A stretch of DNA of 64,000 nt from contig NC_091477.1 of the NCBI RefSeq assembly GCF_036971445.1, positions 96,968,001-97,032,000 of the forward strand, read 5' to 3'. Origin of the DNA: Narcine bancroftii. Lineage: Eukaryota. How positions within the stretch are numbered: position 1 is the first letter of the stretch; the number at the start of each line of letters is the position of its first letter. The notes under the pieces were generated by a model. That model made no database searches and was not told the origin of the DNA. It was given only the letters and a program-made list of their open reading frames with translations. The position numbers and the translations under genes were made by a program. Positions 62,938 to 64,000 of this stretch are shown here, piece by piece.

Positions 62938-63629
62938 CTTCGCACTCGCCCACAGTGCACCGCGCCGCGGTTCCCAGGGCAACCGCCCGCGGATTGGATC
63001 CCGCTGACCGGGGCAGCGTCCGGGACCCTTTCGACAACCATCGGGCTCCCTTTTTCAGCGGTGGGTCCGCGACTGAAGTAAAAGGCGAAGCTGCGAGGTC
63101 GAACAAGTGTGTCTTTATAGAGAAAAGATGATGACCGAGGCTTGAGGTGTCGGGGAAACCGGCATCATTGCTGCTGGTCGACCATCTGTGCCTCCTGAAG
63201 CCTTGATTTTCACGGGCGGGGCTTGGCAGCGCCCATGTCCAGGCAAAGGGTCCAGGATGCTTTGGAACCGGCATCTCGGCTCATGCAGCCGGAACTCCTC
63301 CACGTCCTCATTTCTGGCTTTGCTCCCAGACCCGAAACTTCTACTCATGGTCGCCGCCCGGCCCGACAACCTCAGCAGCGGCTCGGGTTTCTCCTCCTCA
63401 TTATTAAGTCCAGATTCATCCACGACATTTTATCTGGGGACTAAATCCCTCCTTCAAATCCCGTAAAGCCGCGGATCTTCCGTGAAGACCAGACAGAGCC
63501 CGTTCCCCGCCGTCCTGACCTCTGACCCCGAGCCATGACGCACGCCCCGCTTCACCCTCGACCTCCGCCGGAGGTGCCGATTGGCCGCCTCACGTTCGCT
63601 TCCGGTGACGCCCGCTCAGAATAACAAAC
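62938..63629. promoter_or_regulatory. Bidirectional CpG-island promoter of MRPL47/NDUFB5
   Basis: CpG-rich. YY1 motif AAGATGGCGG over the MRPL47 ATG (62931-62940, - strand), DR1-like TGACCTcTGACCC (63516-63528), inverted CCAAT (~63580), ETS/GABP CTTCCGG (~63599-63605) followed by TGACG. Confidence 0.8.
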
Positions 63630-63744
63630 ATGGCCGCGCTGAGCGTGTTGCGAACCGCGGTCGCTTTTCTGGCTCGGCGGCCTCCCGTTCAACTGCAGCA
63701 CCTGGCTGAGAATACCCTGCTTCGCCCCCTCCCTGGATCCCATG
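63630..63744 (+). CDS. NDUFB5: NADH:ubiquinone oxidoreductase subunit B5, exon 1 (mitochondrial presequence); gene continues beyond the window
   Basis: MAALSVLRTAVAFLARRPP... is Arg/Ala/Leu-rich and presequence-like. Phase-1 donor G|GTACGG. Head-to-head with MRPL47 as in other vertebrates, so the identity rests largely on synteny. Confidence 0.78.
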
Positions 63745-64000
63745 GTACGGCTAACTTTCAGCGTGTTCTTCTTCAGTGCACGACCTCTAACTGTTCTGGG
63801 ATTGACCTTGTAGAGAGGGGGGTGGGGGTAGATGAGACTCGGAGGAAACTCGGCACTGATCGCAAATGTTTACCTGTGAAGGCTTAGAAGTCGATCAAAG
63901 TAGAATCAGGGATAATGCAGGAGGGAGGAACAGAGCTGTCGTTTCAGGTGGTCGGCTCTTCGGAAGAAAGGTCACTCGCCGACTTGTGCATTAATGCTTA

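Noticed and set aside
62699-63466. Several 66-191 aa ORFs across the bidirectional promoter
   Set aside because: Expected in GC-rich CpG islands; no recognisable domains. Only the 62937 ATG gives a splice- and phase-compatible MRPL47 exon.

Overview
Vertebrate genomic DNA, not prokaryotic. The repeat landscape (CR1, Rex1/Babar, L1, RTE, Penelope, V-SINEs) suggests a cartilaginous fish; this is inference. The right half holds the conserved ACTL6A (+, 14 coding exons, 1290 nt, 429 aa; 31424-56343), MRPL47 (-, 7 exons, 726 nt, 241 aa; 62937-56830) and NDUFB5 (+, exon 1 only; 63630-63744) cluster. I reconstructed the exons by hand from splice sites and reading-frame phase. ACTL6A intron 5 is a U12-type (minor spliceosome) intron. 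ACTL6A and MRPL47 are tail-to-tail with apparently overlapping 3' UTRs, and MRPL47/NDUFB5 share a ~690-bp bidirectional CpG promoter. The left 31 kb shows no recognisable host gene and is dominated by nested transposons. The most unusual structure is a young RTE LINE carrying a twin-priming-type 5' inversion with a 12-bp TSD, inserted into ORF1 of a 5'-complete L1 that has a YY1 motif at its 5' tip. Also present: a solo LTR with a 5-bp TSD, a 230-bp locally templated insertion, a probable CR1 insertion-associated deletion, BEL and pogo remnants, MITEs (one with a 61-bp hairpin), an 82-copy 16-bp minisatellite and an orphan NF-Y/RFX/CRE motif cluster. Most long ORFs in the supplied track are repeat artefacts. 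I found no evidence of a wholly new gene system. Repeat boundaries are approximate unless TSD/TIR coordinates are given.
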